IMG/VR virus record: IMGVR_UViG_3300037463_000009
Span: 1 to 51,985 of that record
Reading direction: 5' to 3' (one strand)
DNA: 51,985 bases
Origin: a virus
Taxonomy: Duplodnaviria > Caudoviricetes
Shown piece after piece: positions 18,876 to 28,924 of this stretch (position 1 is the stretch's first letter; every line of letters starts with the position of its first letter). Position numbers and translations under genes: made by a program. A model generated the notes under the pieces. The model saw nothing but the letters and a program-made list of their open reading frames with translations. It searched no databases and was not told the origin of the DNA.

Positions 18876-19871
18876 TTAGAGACTTGCCAGATCCGTCTGG
18901 ATAACGATCTCGGTGGCTTTGCCCCAGGTGGGATCATGCGCCAGCTCAGCCGTGTAGGTGACAGCAACCAAGCCCTCATCGTCGCTGAGGGGCGAGATCT
19001 TGGTGAGCTTGAGCGCCATGTCTTTGACGAACTCGTAGTTAAAGCCAGTCTCGATCTCCGGGCCAATGGCCTCCACCCGCATAAACAGCGTATCGCCTTC
19101 GCGCAGAGTGGTGAGATAGGCCAGGCCTGCCGAGTCTGCGCCCACCATAAAGGTGACTTCGCCACTCGGATCAAGCTCAATATGCGCTGCCCAGCTATTG
19201 TTCGTGCGCTTGAGCGTCCAGATTGGACCGAACCGGCTGCCCAGCTTCCAGGATGCGGACAGTGCCCGATCGAGCGCGCTCGCAGCGTCTAGGCCTGCGT
19301 GTGAGGAGGCCGTGTAGACGTTGATGTCCGTCGGCTCGATCGGGATAAGATCCAGCTCCGAGGCACCTCCACTTAGCGTTGCGCCGTAGGTGGTACGCCG
19401 TCCGATCATGGCCCCGCTGACGCTGACGCCATTCTTGCGTGACCATTCCAGACCGAACTCAACGAACAGGCCGTAATCGAACTTCTGAGCATTCCCGGCC
19501 CCGCTCGATCCCGTTTCCACGGAGTAGGTCTGCGGGATGTCCGGGCCACTGGAGTCAGGACTCAGCGTGTAGAGCCGCGCGTTCGTTGCGCCGACAGGTG
19601 TAGTTGGCACGACCTTCTTGATGATCGACATATAGGGATAGACGATCTCATTGAAGGTGGCCTGGCCGTCGACTTTCGCCGTCGTCCATTCTTTGTTGAC
19701 GCTGGCGACGGTGCCGAATTTCTTACCTTTCGGCTTATAGACCTTCACATCCAGCTCAGTTGTGGGCGTGATGCTGAGAGCGCCGAGGCGGCGCGTCGCG
19801 GCCACAGCAGTCCCCGCTGTAACCTCAACGCCGACCTGGGCGATCTCATTTACTGATGCGCGATCAGCCAT
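18876..19871 (-). CDS. Major tail tube protein
   Basis: Position and beta-rich 331-aa sequence. Confidence 0.8.
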   Translation of the reverse strand: MADRASVNEIAQVGVEVTAGTAVAATRRLGALSITPTTELDVKVYKPKGKKFGTVASVNKEWTTAKVDGQATFNEIVYPYMSIIKKVVPTTPVGATNARLYTLSPDSSGPDIPQTYSVETGSSGAGNAQKFDYGLFVEFGLEWSRKNGVSVSGAMIGRRTTYGATLSGGASELDLIPIEPTDINVYTASSHAGLDAASALDRALSASWKLGSRFGPIWTLKRTNNSWAAHIELDPSGEVTFMVGADSAGLAYLTTLREGDTLFMRVEAIGPEIETGFNYEFVKDMALKLTKISPLSDDEGLVAVTYTAELAHDPTWGKATEIVIQTDLASL

Positions 19872-19874
19872 TGC

Positions 19875-20285
19875 TTATATCTCCTGCACCTGGATGCGGT
19901 AGATCCCGCCCAGGTGCCTGTAGTGTTGACCGTTCGTTGCTTCGGGGTAGTGAATTTCCTGCTCGCGCACGCAGCTCAGCACGCGACCACGCGACGTCGT
20001 ACCGGATGTGTTATGCAGGAGCTGGTCGATCCGGTTGGCCGCATCTTCGATCGCCGCGTAGCTCTGGCCTGCTCCAATGACCTTGACGGCGTAGAGCGTC
20101 CCGCTCTTGATGCGCGTGCCGCCCAGGCCATTCATGTCACGGGGAGCGTTGAGGCACTGAAAGACGACGTACGGTGGTTGTTCGCCCTGCGGAGCCAGGT
20201 CACTATGAATACCCAGCGCGGCCAGCACCAGATCGGCACTGAGCTGCGTGGTGATCCACTCGTCGGCGATGAGTGCAGCGCTCAC
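19875..20285 (-). CDS. Tail terminator (DUF3168-like)
   Basis: APQGEQPPYVVF motif; position. Confidence 0.75.
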   Translation of the reverse strand: MSAALIADEWITTQLSADLVLAALGIHSDLAPQGEQPPYVVFQCLNAPRDMNGLGGTRIKSGTLYAVKVIGAGQSYAAIEDAANRIDQLLHNTSGTTSRGRVLSCVREQEIHYPEATNGQHYRHLGGIYRIQVQEI

Positions 20286-20287
20286 GG

Positions 20288-20701
20288 CTAATCCTCCAGG
20301 AGCTTCGCCATTGCAGCCTCGTAGCCGGGCTGCGCGTCTTCCGCAGCGGGGACCATCATCGGCTGTGCAGGCATCGAGGCGGTGCCTAATTCGTTGTGGA
20401 TCGTGTGCGCAGCAGCAGCGGCGACGAGCGCATGCAGGTCGTCGGGCCGCTCCACCGAGGGCAGAACCTCTGCATCGGGATTTGCCGCGCGCACCTCGGC
20501 AGCCGCCTGGTCATAGGTGCTATCGCCATGCGTGACGACATAGAAGCCACTTTTCATGGCTCCCGTGTCCACACGCGACCGCTCCTCGGCTCCACCGGCG
20601 ATGTCGAAGGCGGTCTTGCGTACAATGCGGCCAGCACGAGGTCGCAACTCTTTTGCAAGTTTGGGAAGGTCGTTTTTGATGACTTTGACCTTGATGCTCA
20701 T
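20288..20701 (-). CDS. HK97 gp10-like tail component
   Basis: RVDTGAMKSG; ELGTASMPAQPMMVPA. Confidence 0.85.
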   Translation of the reverse strand: MSIKVKVIKNDLPKLAKELRPRAGRIVRKTAFDIAGGAEERSRVDTGAMKSGFYVVTHGDSTYDQAAAEVRAANPDAEVLPSVERPDDLHALVAAAAAHTIHNELGTASMPAQPMMVPAAEDAQPGYEAAMAKLLED

Positions 20702-20706
20702 GAAAG

Positions 20707-21075
20707 CTAAAGCTCCACACAGGCCACGCGCAGGCGCGGGTCATAGGCATTTGAATCGAATGGCTCAAGAACCCGGTATTCCGTGGTGCCGACGGTCACC
20801 ACATCTCCCGACTGCACATCCGTGTCGATCGAAAAGGTGATCACCCACATGGAGATGACCTGGTGACGCTCGGCAATCACCTTCTCTTCTGGTCGTCCAT
20901 CCGATGAGCGTATCCGGCACGGATGTGGACCCGTGGTGGCTGGTATGGTGGTTGATCCACCCAAGCCGTCTGGTGTGCGAACATCGCGCGCGATGTTCGC
21001 CTGTTGCGGTCGATTCGCATCGCTTAAGGCCTGCAAGCCTCGCTGTGTTGATGGATCGATGATGATCATCACCAC
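20707..21075 (-). CDS. Head closure / head-tail adaptor
   Basis: TPDGLGG; DVQSGDVVTVG; position. Confidence 0.75.
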   Translation of the reverse strand: MVMIIIDPSTQRGLQALSDANRPQQANIARDVRTPDGLGGSTTIPATTGPHPCRIRSSDGRPEEKVIAERHQVISMWVITFSIDTDVQSGDVVTVGTTEYRVLEPFDSNAYDPRLRVACVEL

Positions 21076-21461
21076 ACCGCCTCGGTTGCGATCGAGGCCG
21101 AGCCACGTGGACGACTCTTCGTCGGCTGCGCTGCCGCTGTCGGGATGTAGCTGTCGAACTCAGCTTTGAACCGATCAGCCAGCGCTTGGAAGGTGCTGGC
21201 TTGCTTGACGTTGTAGGTGCGCGCCAGATCATCGACCTCGGCGCGCTCTGGCTCGACGGCGAGTCGTCGAGCCACGGCGGTATAGATGCGATAGTGGACG
21301 TAGGCTGCCACCGCAGCGTCCTGGTTTTCGGTCAGGTCAGCCGCTTTCTCATATCCTTCCAGGATGCAGACGGATACTCGCTCCATCAGATCGCCTGCTG
21401 GGAAGAGTGCTGGTTCAAGCTCACCACGAGGTGCGACGAGTTGTTGTACTGTGACAGCCAT
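21069..21461 (-). CDS. Head-tail connector protein
   Basis: Immediately after the capsid gene. Confidence 0.6.
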   Translation of the reverse strand: MAVTVQQLVAPRGELEPALFPAGDLMERVSVCILEGYEKAADLTENQDAAVAAYVHYRIYTAVARRLAVEPERAEVDDLARTYNVKQASTFQALADRFKAEFDSYIPTAAAQPTKSRPRGSASIATEAVW

Positions 21462-21474
21462 ATATCCCTCGCCG

Positions 21475-22572
21475 TTAGACGATATCGCTCTGGGCGATGG
21501 CGATCTTGTCGTTTGCCTCGATCACCGGCAGACCGTTTGTGACGCCACGGGCAGCGATGGTCCACGGGCGATCCTGGGGCACGAAGACATCGGCCCAGCG
21601 ACCCTGGCGACCACCCGACTCAACGGTGGGGCTAATGTGGGTGTAGCCCAGGACGTTCTCCGGCGGCGGCGTCGAGCCAGCGCCGACGACATAACGGGTG
21701 CCGGTGTTGTTGGCGACAGCGACCAGCCGGTTCTTGACGTGGAACGGCACCTTGATGGTCTTCTTCGGATTGCTCGGATCGACCACCTCGCCTTCCAGGC
21801 CGTAGCTGATCAGCGTGATGGTATCGCCAGCGTCCTGGGTGAAGTTGCCCTGCGCATTCACCTTGCGGAACGTGATCGACCCGTCACCTTCCGAAACCGT
21901 GATCATGCTATTGGCCGAGTTATACCGGGCCGAGTCGATGAGATCGGGATGGGCCAGGAAGGCACGCACGTTGCCCTTAAGCGCCCGCTTGAGGCCACGG
22001 ACGTCGGTCCAGAACTTCGAGGCACTGCCACCGTAGGCATCATTGCCGGTGCGCGGGGTGAGCTTGTTCGCGGCGGGAATGCCGTAATCGACGAGGAGAC
22101 GCTTGTCGTTGAAGGTCCAGTCGATCTTGCCGGTGCAGAGCGCCTGGCCGCGCAGGTACTCCATGGTGTCCAGGTGGCCCTGCACAATAACTTTATCGGC
22201 GAAGTTCAGCGCTTCCTGATGAATAGCTTCCACGGTCGGCTGCTGCATCAACCGCAAGCGCATCAGCATATCCTGCAGGTGGCGTAGCGCAGCTTCGGAC
22301 AATTCAGCGGTGTTTGCCATCTTGGCCGTCTCAGCGCTGAAGTCCGAAACCTCGGCAAAGCCCGTCTGCGGAAATGGCGAGTCTAGACCCACCAAACCAG
22401 CCATGATCGCGCGGACGGTCATCGAGCCGCTCTTCGCCTGATAGTCGAACTTCAGGAGTTCAGGCAGCAGGGAGGCATAGATATAGCTGGCTGCCGGACG
22501 TGCGCCGTTCGCGATGAGGAAAGCGGCCAGCGCGCCTAACGTGCGGATCGCTTCCGAGAAATTGAATTCCAT
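21475..22572 (-). CDS. Major capsid protein
   Basis: MEYLRGQALCTGKI...VDYGIP pattern of E-type major capsids; 365 aa. Confidence 0.85.
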   Translation of the reverse strand: MEFNFSEAIRTLGALAAFLIANGARPAASYIYASLLPELLKFDYQAKSGSMTVRAIMAGLVGLDSPFPQTGFAEVSDFSAETAKMANTAELSEAALRHLQDMLMRLRLMQQPTVEAIHQEALNFADKVIVQGHLDTMEYLRGQALCTGKIDWTFNDKRLLVDYGIPAANKLTPRTGNDAYGGSASKFWTDVRGLKRALKGNVRAFLAHPDLIDSARYNSANSMITVSEGDGSITFRKVNAQGNFTQDAGDTITLISYGLEGEVVDPSNPKKTIKVPFHVKNRLVAVANNTGTRYVVGAGSTPPPENVLGYTHISPTVESGGRQGRWADVFVPQDRPWTIAARGVTNGLPVIEANDKIAIAQSDIV

Positions 22573-22654
22573 TGTGATGATCGTCCTTCGTGAGAGGTAG
22601 AGGAAAGTCGAAATACCGTGAGGGTTCGCTGATGATCAGGAGTGATTGTGAGGT

Positions 22655-23293
22655 TTAGACGGCGCGGCTGTCGCCGAACTGCTCGAAGGCATAGCCTGTG
22701 CCGGAGGCCTGCAACTCGGTCTTGATCGCGGCGGGCAATTCCTTCGGCGTGCCGGTGGCATCCGGCAGCATGTTTTCATAGAAAACACCACCCTTGACCA
22801 CGCCATAGCCGCTCATGCCAGCGCTCGGATCGTCCTCGATGGCATTGGTGGCCAGCAGGCCGATCGCCGGATTCGTCGTCGCGACACGGGGCGCGAGCTT
22901 GCCGTTGCCCAGCTCGTCGCCGACGGCGCAATGCTGGGGCAGTACCTTCTTGCCGGTGCCGCCATAGACAGCGGTGTCCGCGGCTTCGAGCGCATTGATC
23001 AGCGCCTCAACGCTGATGCTCGTCGCGCCTTCCGCTGCTGCCGCCGAGAGCTTCACGAACTCATCCGTGCCGAACTGGAGGATCAAGCCCTTGGGCAGCG
23101 CGACGGGCAGGGCCACGACGGGTACGGTCGTCGCGCCTTGCGCTGCACCACCCACGCCGACAGTAATTGTTTGGGCGGTCGTGCGATACGATTCAGGAAC
23201 CAACGACCAGTCGATCTGGCGACCGCTGCCAAGCACGACACTGCGGGAATCAACGACGGCGCTGACACTGGAAACTGTGTACGTTGTGCGCAT
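22655..23293 (-). CDS. Head decoration protein
   Basis: Between scaffold and capsid; GVVKGGVFYENMLP. Confidence 0.6.
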   Translation of the reverse strand: MRTTYTVSSVSAVVDSRSVVLGSGRQIDWSLVPESYRTTAQTITVGVGGAAQGATTVPVVALPVALPKGLILQFGTDEFVKLSAAAAEGATSISVEALINALEAADTAVYGGTGKKVLPQHCAVGDELGNGKLAPRVATTNPAIGLLATNAIEDDPSAGMSGYGVVKGGVFYENMLPDATGTPKELPAAIKTELQASGTGYAFEQFGDSRAV

Positions 23294-23342
23294 GATGGAC
23301 TGCTTCTCCTTCTAGGAGCTAAGTGAGGGAATGGATCGCCCC

Positions 23343-24086
23343 TTAAGACTTGGGCGCTAAGGGGTTCTTTTGGCTGTCGCGTGCTTTCTGGAAGGATTCC
23401 AGCGACGCGGATACCACATCGGTCTTGGCGGGCGTGCCGCCGGCGGTTTGCCGGGGAAACTGCGTCCCGGTCTGCTGTTGCTGCACCTGGAGCGAGGGTA
23501 GGAAGTCCGCCCAGTGCTTTGCGGCATAGTCAGCTAGGGATAATTCCTCATCACCGACCTTGACGAAGGCCTGCTCGACCTGGGTGCCGTTCTGATCCAC
23601 GGCGCGGATCGAAATGTTGCCCAGGATGTCGCCGCCGAGCTTGCGGATGCCCGACTCTTTGAGGCCAGCAAGGCTAGCAGCCTTGGCAACGCGCAGATCT
23701 GTCACCTCAGTGCGCAGGCCAGTGCGCTCCTGCTCGATCGCTTCCACTGTGCCAATCTGCTGATAGCGTTGCCAGAGTGTGGCCTGGGTTGCATCAAGCA
23801 CCACCGTGCCTTCGCCGGGAATGCGCCGTTCGAGATCGCGAATCTGCTGCTGATAGGTAGTAATCAGCGCTTGGACATCCGTCCCGTTGTTCGCCTGCTG
23901 CCCACCGCCCGTGGGAGCAGCACCGGCGGTCCCGCCACCAGCAGCACCACCACCAGGTGAGGCACCGCCAGTATTGTTCTCGTCATACAACGGAACCATG
24001 CGGGCCAGGTGGCCGCTCATGCGGCCATGCATAGTCGCGAATGATGGAATGCTGGAGCGTCGTGATGTCGTCGTACGATCGGTCAT
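23343..24086 (-). CDS. Capsid scaffolding protein
   Basis: Gly-rich N-terminus, coiled coil; position. Confidence 0.6.
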   Translation of the reverse strand: MTDRTTTSRRSSIPSFATMHGRMSGHLARMVPLYDENNTGGASPGGGAAGGGTAGAAPTGGGQQANNGTDVQALITTYQQQIRDLERRIPGEGTVVLDATQATLWQRYQQIGTVEAIEQERTGLRTEVTDLRVAKAASLAGLKESGIRKLGGDILGNISIRAVDQNGTQVEQAFVKVGDEELSLADYAAKHWADFLPSLQVQQQQTGTQFPRQTAGGTPAKTDVVSASLESFQKARDSQKNPLAPKS

Positions 24087-24110
24087 GGTGTGCGTATCCT
24101 CCTCGGATGA

Positions 24111-25142
24111 TTAGGCTGTGAGGTGGGCCAAGCTGCGCTCGTAGCGACTGCGGCCCCATTTTTCATCGGTCTTGATGCCGACCAAATCTGGGAGTGTGAA
24201 TTTCCCGGCATGGTAGGCTTTGAGCTTGTTGGGTCCGAGAATGGCGTGTTGTTCAGCGGCGGTGAGGCGATCAAAGGCGCTGGTGCCAAGCTCGATGTTC
24301 TGTCGGGTATCTGGGATGCCTGGGAAGCCCAGTTCAGCCCAGCTCAACGTTTCCGGGATCATGGCGCAGCGGCAAACGATGTGACTGGCGAAGCGCTCGT
24401 CGATGCTATGTCGCGTGCCATGCATCGCCCAGCAGATGGCGCATGTGCGTGTGGAGAGCTGTGCATGCCAGATCCAACCCTTCACCACATCTCGGTTTGC
24501 CTGATATGAGAGGTAGGTGGCTTCCCTATGTGGCCGGAGACTTTCATTCCGGCAAATGCGGAGGGCGCGCACCAGGTTGCCGCTCAGTGCCTCACGTGCC
24601 CGACGGGCGATTTGCCTCGGGCCGTCGCCGAGTGTTACGCCTTCGATCAATGCGTCCTCAACGCGCTGGCCAGCATCCGCGCCAAGCTCATCGAGCAGAT
24701 CCCGAAGCGGAGATCCATTCTGGAGATAGCCCACCAGGTTGGTAACAGCGCTCGTCGGCAGACGATTCCATGCAACCGTGGCTCCAGCTGGACCTTCGCC
24801 CATCGTTGCGCGAACAAGCTGCTCAGCCTCCTCGATCGCACGCTCGATGTTCGCAGCCTGCTCGTCCAGGATGCGCTGCTCAGCAATCCGGGCAAACGCT
24901 GTAATCTCCTCGGCGACCTGGCGTTTGAGTGTTTCGAGCCGGTCTTGCTCATTGAGCCAGCTCTTGGTGATGTGCTTGTCCCGTGATCGGGCCTGCTCGA
25001 TCTTGGTCGTCAGTACATCCAGGCGCTGCTCGATGCGGTTCCAGGCGACGCCGTAGGCTCGTGTGAGCGCTGCGGCCGCAGCACGATCCCGCTTGAGCAG
25101 ATCGGCGCGAAAGCGCTCGGCTATGGCGAAAATGTCTGCCAT
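24111..25142 (-). CDS. Minor head protein (MuF/SPP1 gp7-like)
   Basis: RALRICRNE, RTCAICWAMHG, HIVCRC. Confidence 0.9.
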   Translation of the reverse strand: MADIFAIAERFRADLLKRDRAAAAALTRAYGVAWNRIEQRLDVLTTKIEQARSRDKHITKSWLNEQDRLETLKRQVAEEITAFARIAEQRILDEQAANIERAIEEAEQLVRATMGEGPAGATVAWNRLPTSAVTNLVGYLQNGSPLRDLLDELGADAGQRVEDALIEGVTLGDGPRQIARRAREALSGNLVRALRICRNESLRPHREATYLSYQANRDVVKGWIWHAQLSTRTCAICWAMHGTRHSIDERFASHIVCRCAMIPETLSWAELGFPGIPDTRQNIELGTSAFDRLTAAEQHAILGPNKLKAYHAGKFTLPDLVGIKTDEKWGRSRYERSLAHLTA

Positions 25143-25471
25143 TAGCTTTTGCTTGAGTTCCGAACCATCGCACCAGGAAACGGTGCCGATTCAAAACCGA
25201 AGCGCTGATACCAAGCAATGAGCGCCTGATCGTCCAAAGGTTGATCCGTGTGAGCTGCAACATGCAGGTAGATAGACTCAGCACCAAACTGATCAAGAGC
25301 CGCACGAATGAGCTTGGATGCCAATCCTTTTCGTCGATGATCAGGACTCGTCCATACATCCGTCATCCACAACACGCCATGTCGGCGATAGATAGCGACA
25401 GTTGCGATTGATTCATCCTTCTCATCTGTTATGTAGAAGTAGTGTTTGCATTTTGGAGCTGAGGTCTTCAC
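25142..25471 (-). CDS. GNAT acetyltransferase
   Basis: VWTSPDHRRKGLASKL acetyl-CoA motif A; WYQRFGF. Confidence 0.85.
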   Translation of the reverse strand: MKTSAPKCKHYFYITDEKDESIATVAIYRRHGVLWMTDVWTSPDHRRKGLASKLIRAALDQFGAESIYLHVAAHTDQPLDDQALIAWYQRFGFESAPFPGAMVRNSSKS

Positions 25472-26964
25472 TACCGCCCCTTATCGAAGGCGCTCAGGAG
25501 CTGCTCTCCGAGGCCCTCACTATCGATCTCGATCTTTGCCAGTTCTTCCTCAACATCCTCAATGTCGACGCGATGCATGGCCGTCTCGCGGCTCATGAGC
25601 CGCGCTTTGACCAGTTCGATAATGAGGCGCATCTCATCCGCGCTGAGTGGGCCAGGATTGAGGCGGCACTTGAACGTCGCGCGAAGACTGGCATAGCGGT
25701 CTGGCTGCCCGGAGAAGATGGCCGCCAATGCCAACACCGTCTCTATGAGCCAGCGGCCAGCCCGGTCAATGACCGACTTGCTCAGGAAGAGATCGACGAT
25801 AAAATCGGCCATTGCCTGGCGGCGCGCTTCGCCGCTCGGCGTTGCATCGCCGCTGATGAGTGCATGCATCTGGTGCAGCTCCTCCAGCACGGAGCGGTAA
25901 GCGTTGCGCTCGGTGCCTTCAAACGTCGTGATCGGAACAGGATCGCGGAACACGACGCTGGGCGTTGCGATCTTCTCGTTGCCGTCCTCATCCTCCACGA
26001 CCACACCATTGATCCAGTTGGTCGTGCCAGCGCCTAAGCGCATCTTGGCGGGCTTGAAGATCTTCTCGCCGGTGGCTGGATCGGTAATCCACTCACCTGG
26101 CCGCTCACCATTGAGAATGAAGCGTTCCAGGAAGCCACCTTGCACAACGTTGCGGCCGAGCATGGTCTTTGCCAGGTTCAGCAGCTTTTGGTTCTGTCGG
26201 ACCTGTTCGCTGATAATGGCCGGGCGCTTCATTTCGTGCAGCGTAAGCAGGCCGCCGAGATCCAGCACCGCGCCGTCATCCGCGTTGTCGCCGGAGGTTG
26301 TGACCCGGATGACGGTTTGCGTCCTATCGCGATACACGATCTCGGCGTAGGTCTGATGATCCTCGGTATAGACATACACGCCGTAGGGCTGCATCGTCGA
26401 ACCATCAACATCCACGGTGGCCTGCTCGGGCTTGGGATGTTGGGGGTGGATGCGAAACATGGAAGTCCGCAGATCCGCAATCGGGATCTCGCCATTGACC
26501 CGTTCGCCGTCAGGCACAAACACGCGCAGCGGGGCACGACCAGCACAGACCAACGTATCAGCAGCGCGCTGAAAGAGTTCGTGCCCGCCGCGCTCATCCC
26601 ACCATTCGGTGAAGACGGCCTCGGCCTCGTCGATCAGCGCTTGCTCTTCAGTCGTCGGCTTCTCCCCCTTCTTGAGTGGACGGCGCACCGTGATGCCGAT
26701 TTCCATTTCGCGCCCAGCGACACCGCCGACGTGTCGGCCAGCGCCCTCGCCGATTGCGTTTTTGGACACGAACGCACGCTCGATCTCGACAAGCATCGCC
26801 AGGGCGTTGGGATCACCCATCGGCAGTATCGGACCAATCCAGCCCTCACCGCCCTGCCAATGGTTTCCAGAGCGGAAGGCCATATTGGCGGCTACCCACG
26901 CTGGCGTGTGCGTTTTCAGGAGCTGCTGCGCGTCGCGCAATGTCATGTCGTGTGGTGCTGGCAT
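25471..26964 (-). CDS. Portal protein (SPP1 gp6-like)
   Basis: After terL; SGEARR; MSRETAM...DVEEELAKI. Confidence 0.85.
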   Translation of the reverse strand: MPAPHDMTLRDAQQLLKTHTPAWVAANMAFRSGNHWQGGEGWIGPILPMGDPNALAMLVEIERAFVSKNAIGEGAGRHVGGVAGREMEIGITVRRPLKKGEKPTTEEQALIDEAEAVFTEWWDERGGHELFQRAADTLVCAGRAPLRVFVPDGERVNGEIPIADLRTSMFRIHPQHPKPEQATVDVDGSTMQPYGVYVYTEDHQTYAEIVYRDRTQTVIRVTTSGDNADDGAVLDLGGLLTLHEMKRPAIISEQVRQNQKLLNLAKTMLGRNVVQGGFLERFILNGERPGEWITDPATGEKIFKPAKMRLGAGTTNWINGVVVEDEDGNEKIATPSVVFRDPVPITTFEGTERNAYRSVLEELHQMHALISGDATPSGEARRQAMADFIVDLFLSKSVIDRAGRWLIETVLALAAIFSGQPDRYASLRATFKCRLNPGPLSADEMRLIIELVKARLMSRETAMHRVDIEDVEEELAKIEIDSEGLGEQLLSAFDKGR

Positions 26965-26967
26965 AAC

Positions 26968-28464
26968 TTAGTAGGTTGACTCGCTGTGAGAACCGCGATT
27001 ACGATTCTTGTCTGTTCGCTTCTGTCGGGCGGCGTAGTTGTAACCGCCGCCGCTGGTATCCACCTGGTCGTCATACTTCCCGCTGGGGAAGGCCAAATGC
27101 TCGTCGATAAAGGCTTTGTTCCACGGCGCGCGTACGAGCTGCACGTTGCCGGCGTTCCACTGCGAGGCGAAGGGATCAGCACGAGTAGCTTTGTCTCCGC
27201 TCTCAAGTTCGGTCTTGACACTGAACCCTGCCAGGAGTCGGATAAACGCACGGCCCACGTCCTTGCCAGCGCTGCCGGGATCTTGCGGGAAGACATGCGT
27301 TACGGCACCGCGCTGTAGGTCCAGTTCTGCCGTCTCTTTGATGATGCGGTCGCGCTGAGCTGAATCCCACTGGCCGCGTACCACGTCCTCGATCGTCGTG
27401 ATGCCCTCGTCGACCTGATAGGCGATCAACGTCCCAACGGTGTAGTCGCCGCCGTTGGCCGTCGCTGCTAGATCCCACCGACGCACTCGGATCACGTTGC
27501 GCGGCACTTCCTGCGCATCAATGAAGCCTACACAGCCAGCTTTGAACTGACCGCCTTCACGTGGCCGAGGCCGCTGCTGGAAGAGCGCTCCGAAGAAGTA
27601 ATCGCCGATGCGTTTCGCCAGCTTGCGCAGCTTCTCCAGGCTGTACCGCTCGGGACAGAGCGCCTCTCCGTCTTCGCGCCAGTCCTGATGAACCGTGCAG
27701 GAGTCGGGAAACTTCTCAACGTCCGACGATTCGCGGATGGCCTGCATGTTGACGATGTACCAACTCTCGGGCTCGTCGGCTTCGAGGCTGAGCAGGTAGC
27801 CGCTCAGATCGTCTTCATGCCAGCGCGTTTGGAGAACCACCACCGCGCCGCCGGGCTCTTCGCGGGTGCTAAAGACCGAGTCGAACCAGTCTTTATTGCG
27901 CATCCGGATCGCGTCGCTCGCGGCCTCCTGCGCGTCCTTCACCGGGTCGTCGATGACACCGAGATGAAAGCCCTTGCCCGTCGCTGGCCCACCGACACCC
28001 GTCGCCCAGAACCCGCCGCCCTGCGTGGTCATCCATTGCTTGACCGCTTTGGCCGCTTTGCTGAGCTTGCCGCCGATCTTCGTGAAGTTGTCACGCGCGG
28101 CGCGGCTCAGTGTGTAGGCCAGGTCCGCACCGTATGAGGCGAGCCCCACAAAGCGATCTGGATGCCGATACAGGTAGTAGGCGGTAAACAGCCGGCTGAC
28201 CGTCTCGCTCTTGGAGTGGCGCGGCGGCATGAACACCAGTACCCGGTGCAGCTCGTCGTCGGCCACGCGCTGGAGAATGTCGATCAGCTCATCGCAATGC
28301 CGATAGAACTGATAACGGGGCGAGACACGCTTGATAAACTCACGAAAGGAGAGTGGCTGCTCGTCGTTGTTAGCTCCTGGTAGGTTGGAAAAGAGCGAGT
28401 CCCAAAGCTCGTCGCTCTTTGAGGATGGCGATAGCGCGTTGTCGAAGGGCAGGATCGGCTTCAC
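26968..28464 (-). CDS. terL: Terminase large subunit
   Basis: MPPRHSKS, IDDPVK, QTRWHEDDL, WDLA, DDQVD. Confidence 0.95.
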   Translation of the reverse strand: MKPILPFDNALSPSSKSDELWDSLFSNLPGANNDEQPLSFREFIKRVSPRYQFYRHCDELIDILQRVADDELHRVLVFMPPRHSKSETVSRLFTAYYLYRHPDRFVGLASYGADLAYTLSRAARDNFTKIGGKLSKAAKAVKQWMTTQGGGFWATGVGGPATGKGFHLGVIDDPVKDAQEAASDAIRMRNKDWFDSVFSTREEPGGAVVVLQTRWHEDDLSGYLLSLEADEPESWYIVNMQAIRESSDVEKFPDSCTVHQDWREDGEALCPERYSLEKLRKLAKRIGDYFFGALFQQRPRPREGGQFKAGCVGFIDAQEVPRNVIRVRRWDLAATANGGDYTVGTLIAYQVDEGITTIEDVVRGQWDSAQRDRIIKETAELDLQRGAVTHVFPQDPGSAGKDVGRAFIRLLAGFSVKTELESGDKATRADPFASQWNAGNVQLVRAPWNKAFIDEHLAFPSGKYDDQVDTSGGGYNYAARQKRTDKNRNRGSHSESTY

Positions 28465-28915
28465 CTAATGCCTCAAGAACCGACTGTTGAAAGGCCTGGA
28501 TGGCCTGGATATTCGTCAATGCCTCCAGCAGCTTCAGGCTTGTTTCGGCCTGGCTGTTCATGGCGCGGATTGCCCCAACATAGGCCGTGATTTGCTTGGG
28601 CGAGAGCGTTTCCAACGCTGCCACGCCGTGGATTTCAATGCCCTTCTCCAGATGGGCAATCAACTGCTCTAACCGCTTATAGTTTTGCTCCAGCACCGTC
28701 TTGGTATCCCAAAGCGATGCGCCGACGGATTCCGCGATATGTTGCTGTTGGGCAACTACGGGAGCGGTTGATTCCGCGAATTTCGCGATATAGCGACCGG
28801 CTGCGTCCTCGCTAACACCAAGCTCCAAGGCGGCGGCTCTGACGCTATTCAATCGCTTATATGCTTCGAGGAGCGCCTCCCCTTGCTCCGGTGTGATGCT
28901 GGATTTGCGTCCCAT
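28370..28915 (-). CDS. terS: Terminase small subunit (N-terminal HTH)
   Basis: SVRAAALELGVSEDAA HTH; directly upstream of terL. Confidence 0.7.
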   Translation of the reverse strand: MGRKSSITPEQGEALLEAYKRLNSVRAAALELGVSEDAAGRYIAKFAESTAPVVAQQQHIAESVGASLWDTKTVLEQNYKRLEQLIAHLEKGIEIHGVAALETLSPKQITAYVGAIRAMNSQAETSLKLLEALTNIQAIQAFQQSVLEALGEADPALRQRAIAILKERRALGLALFQPTRS

Positions 28916-28924
28916 GATTCCGCG

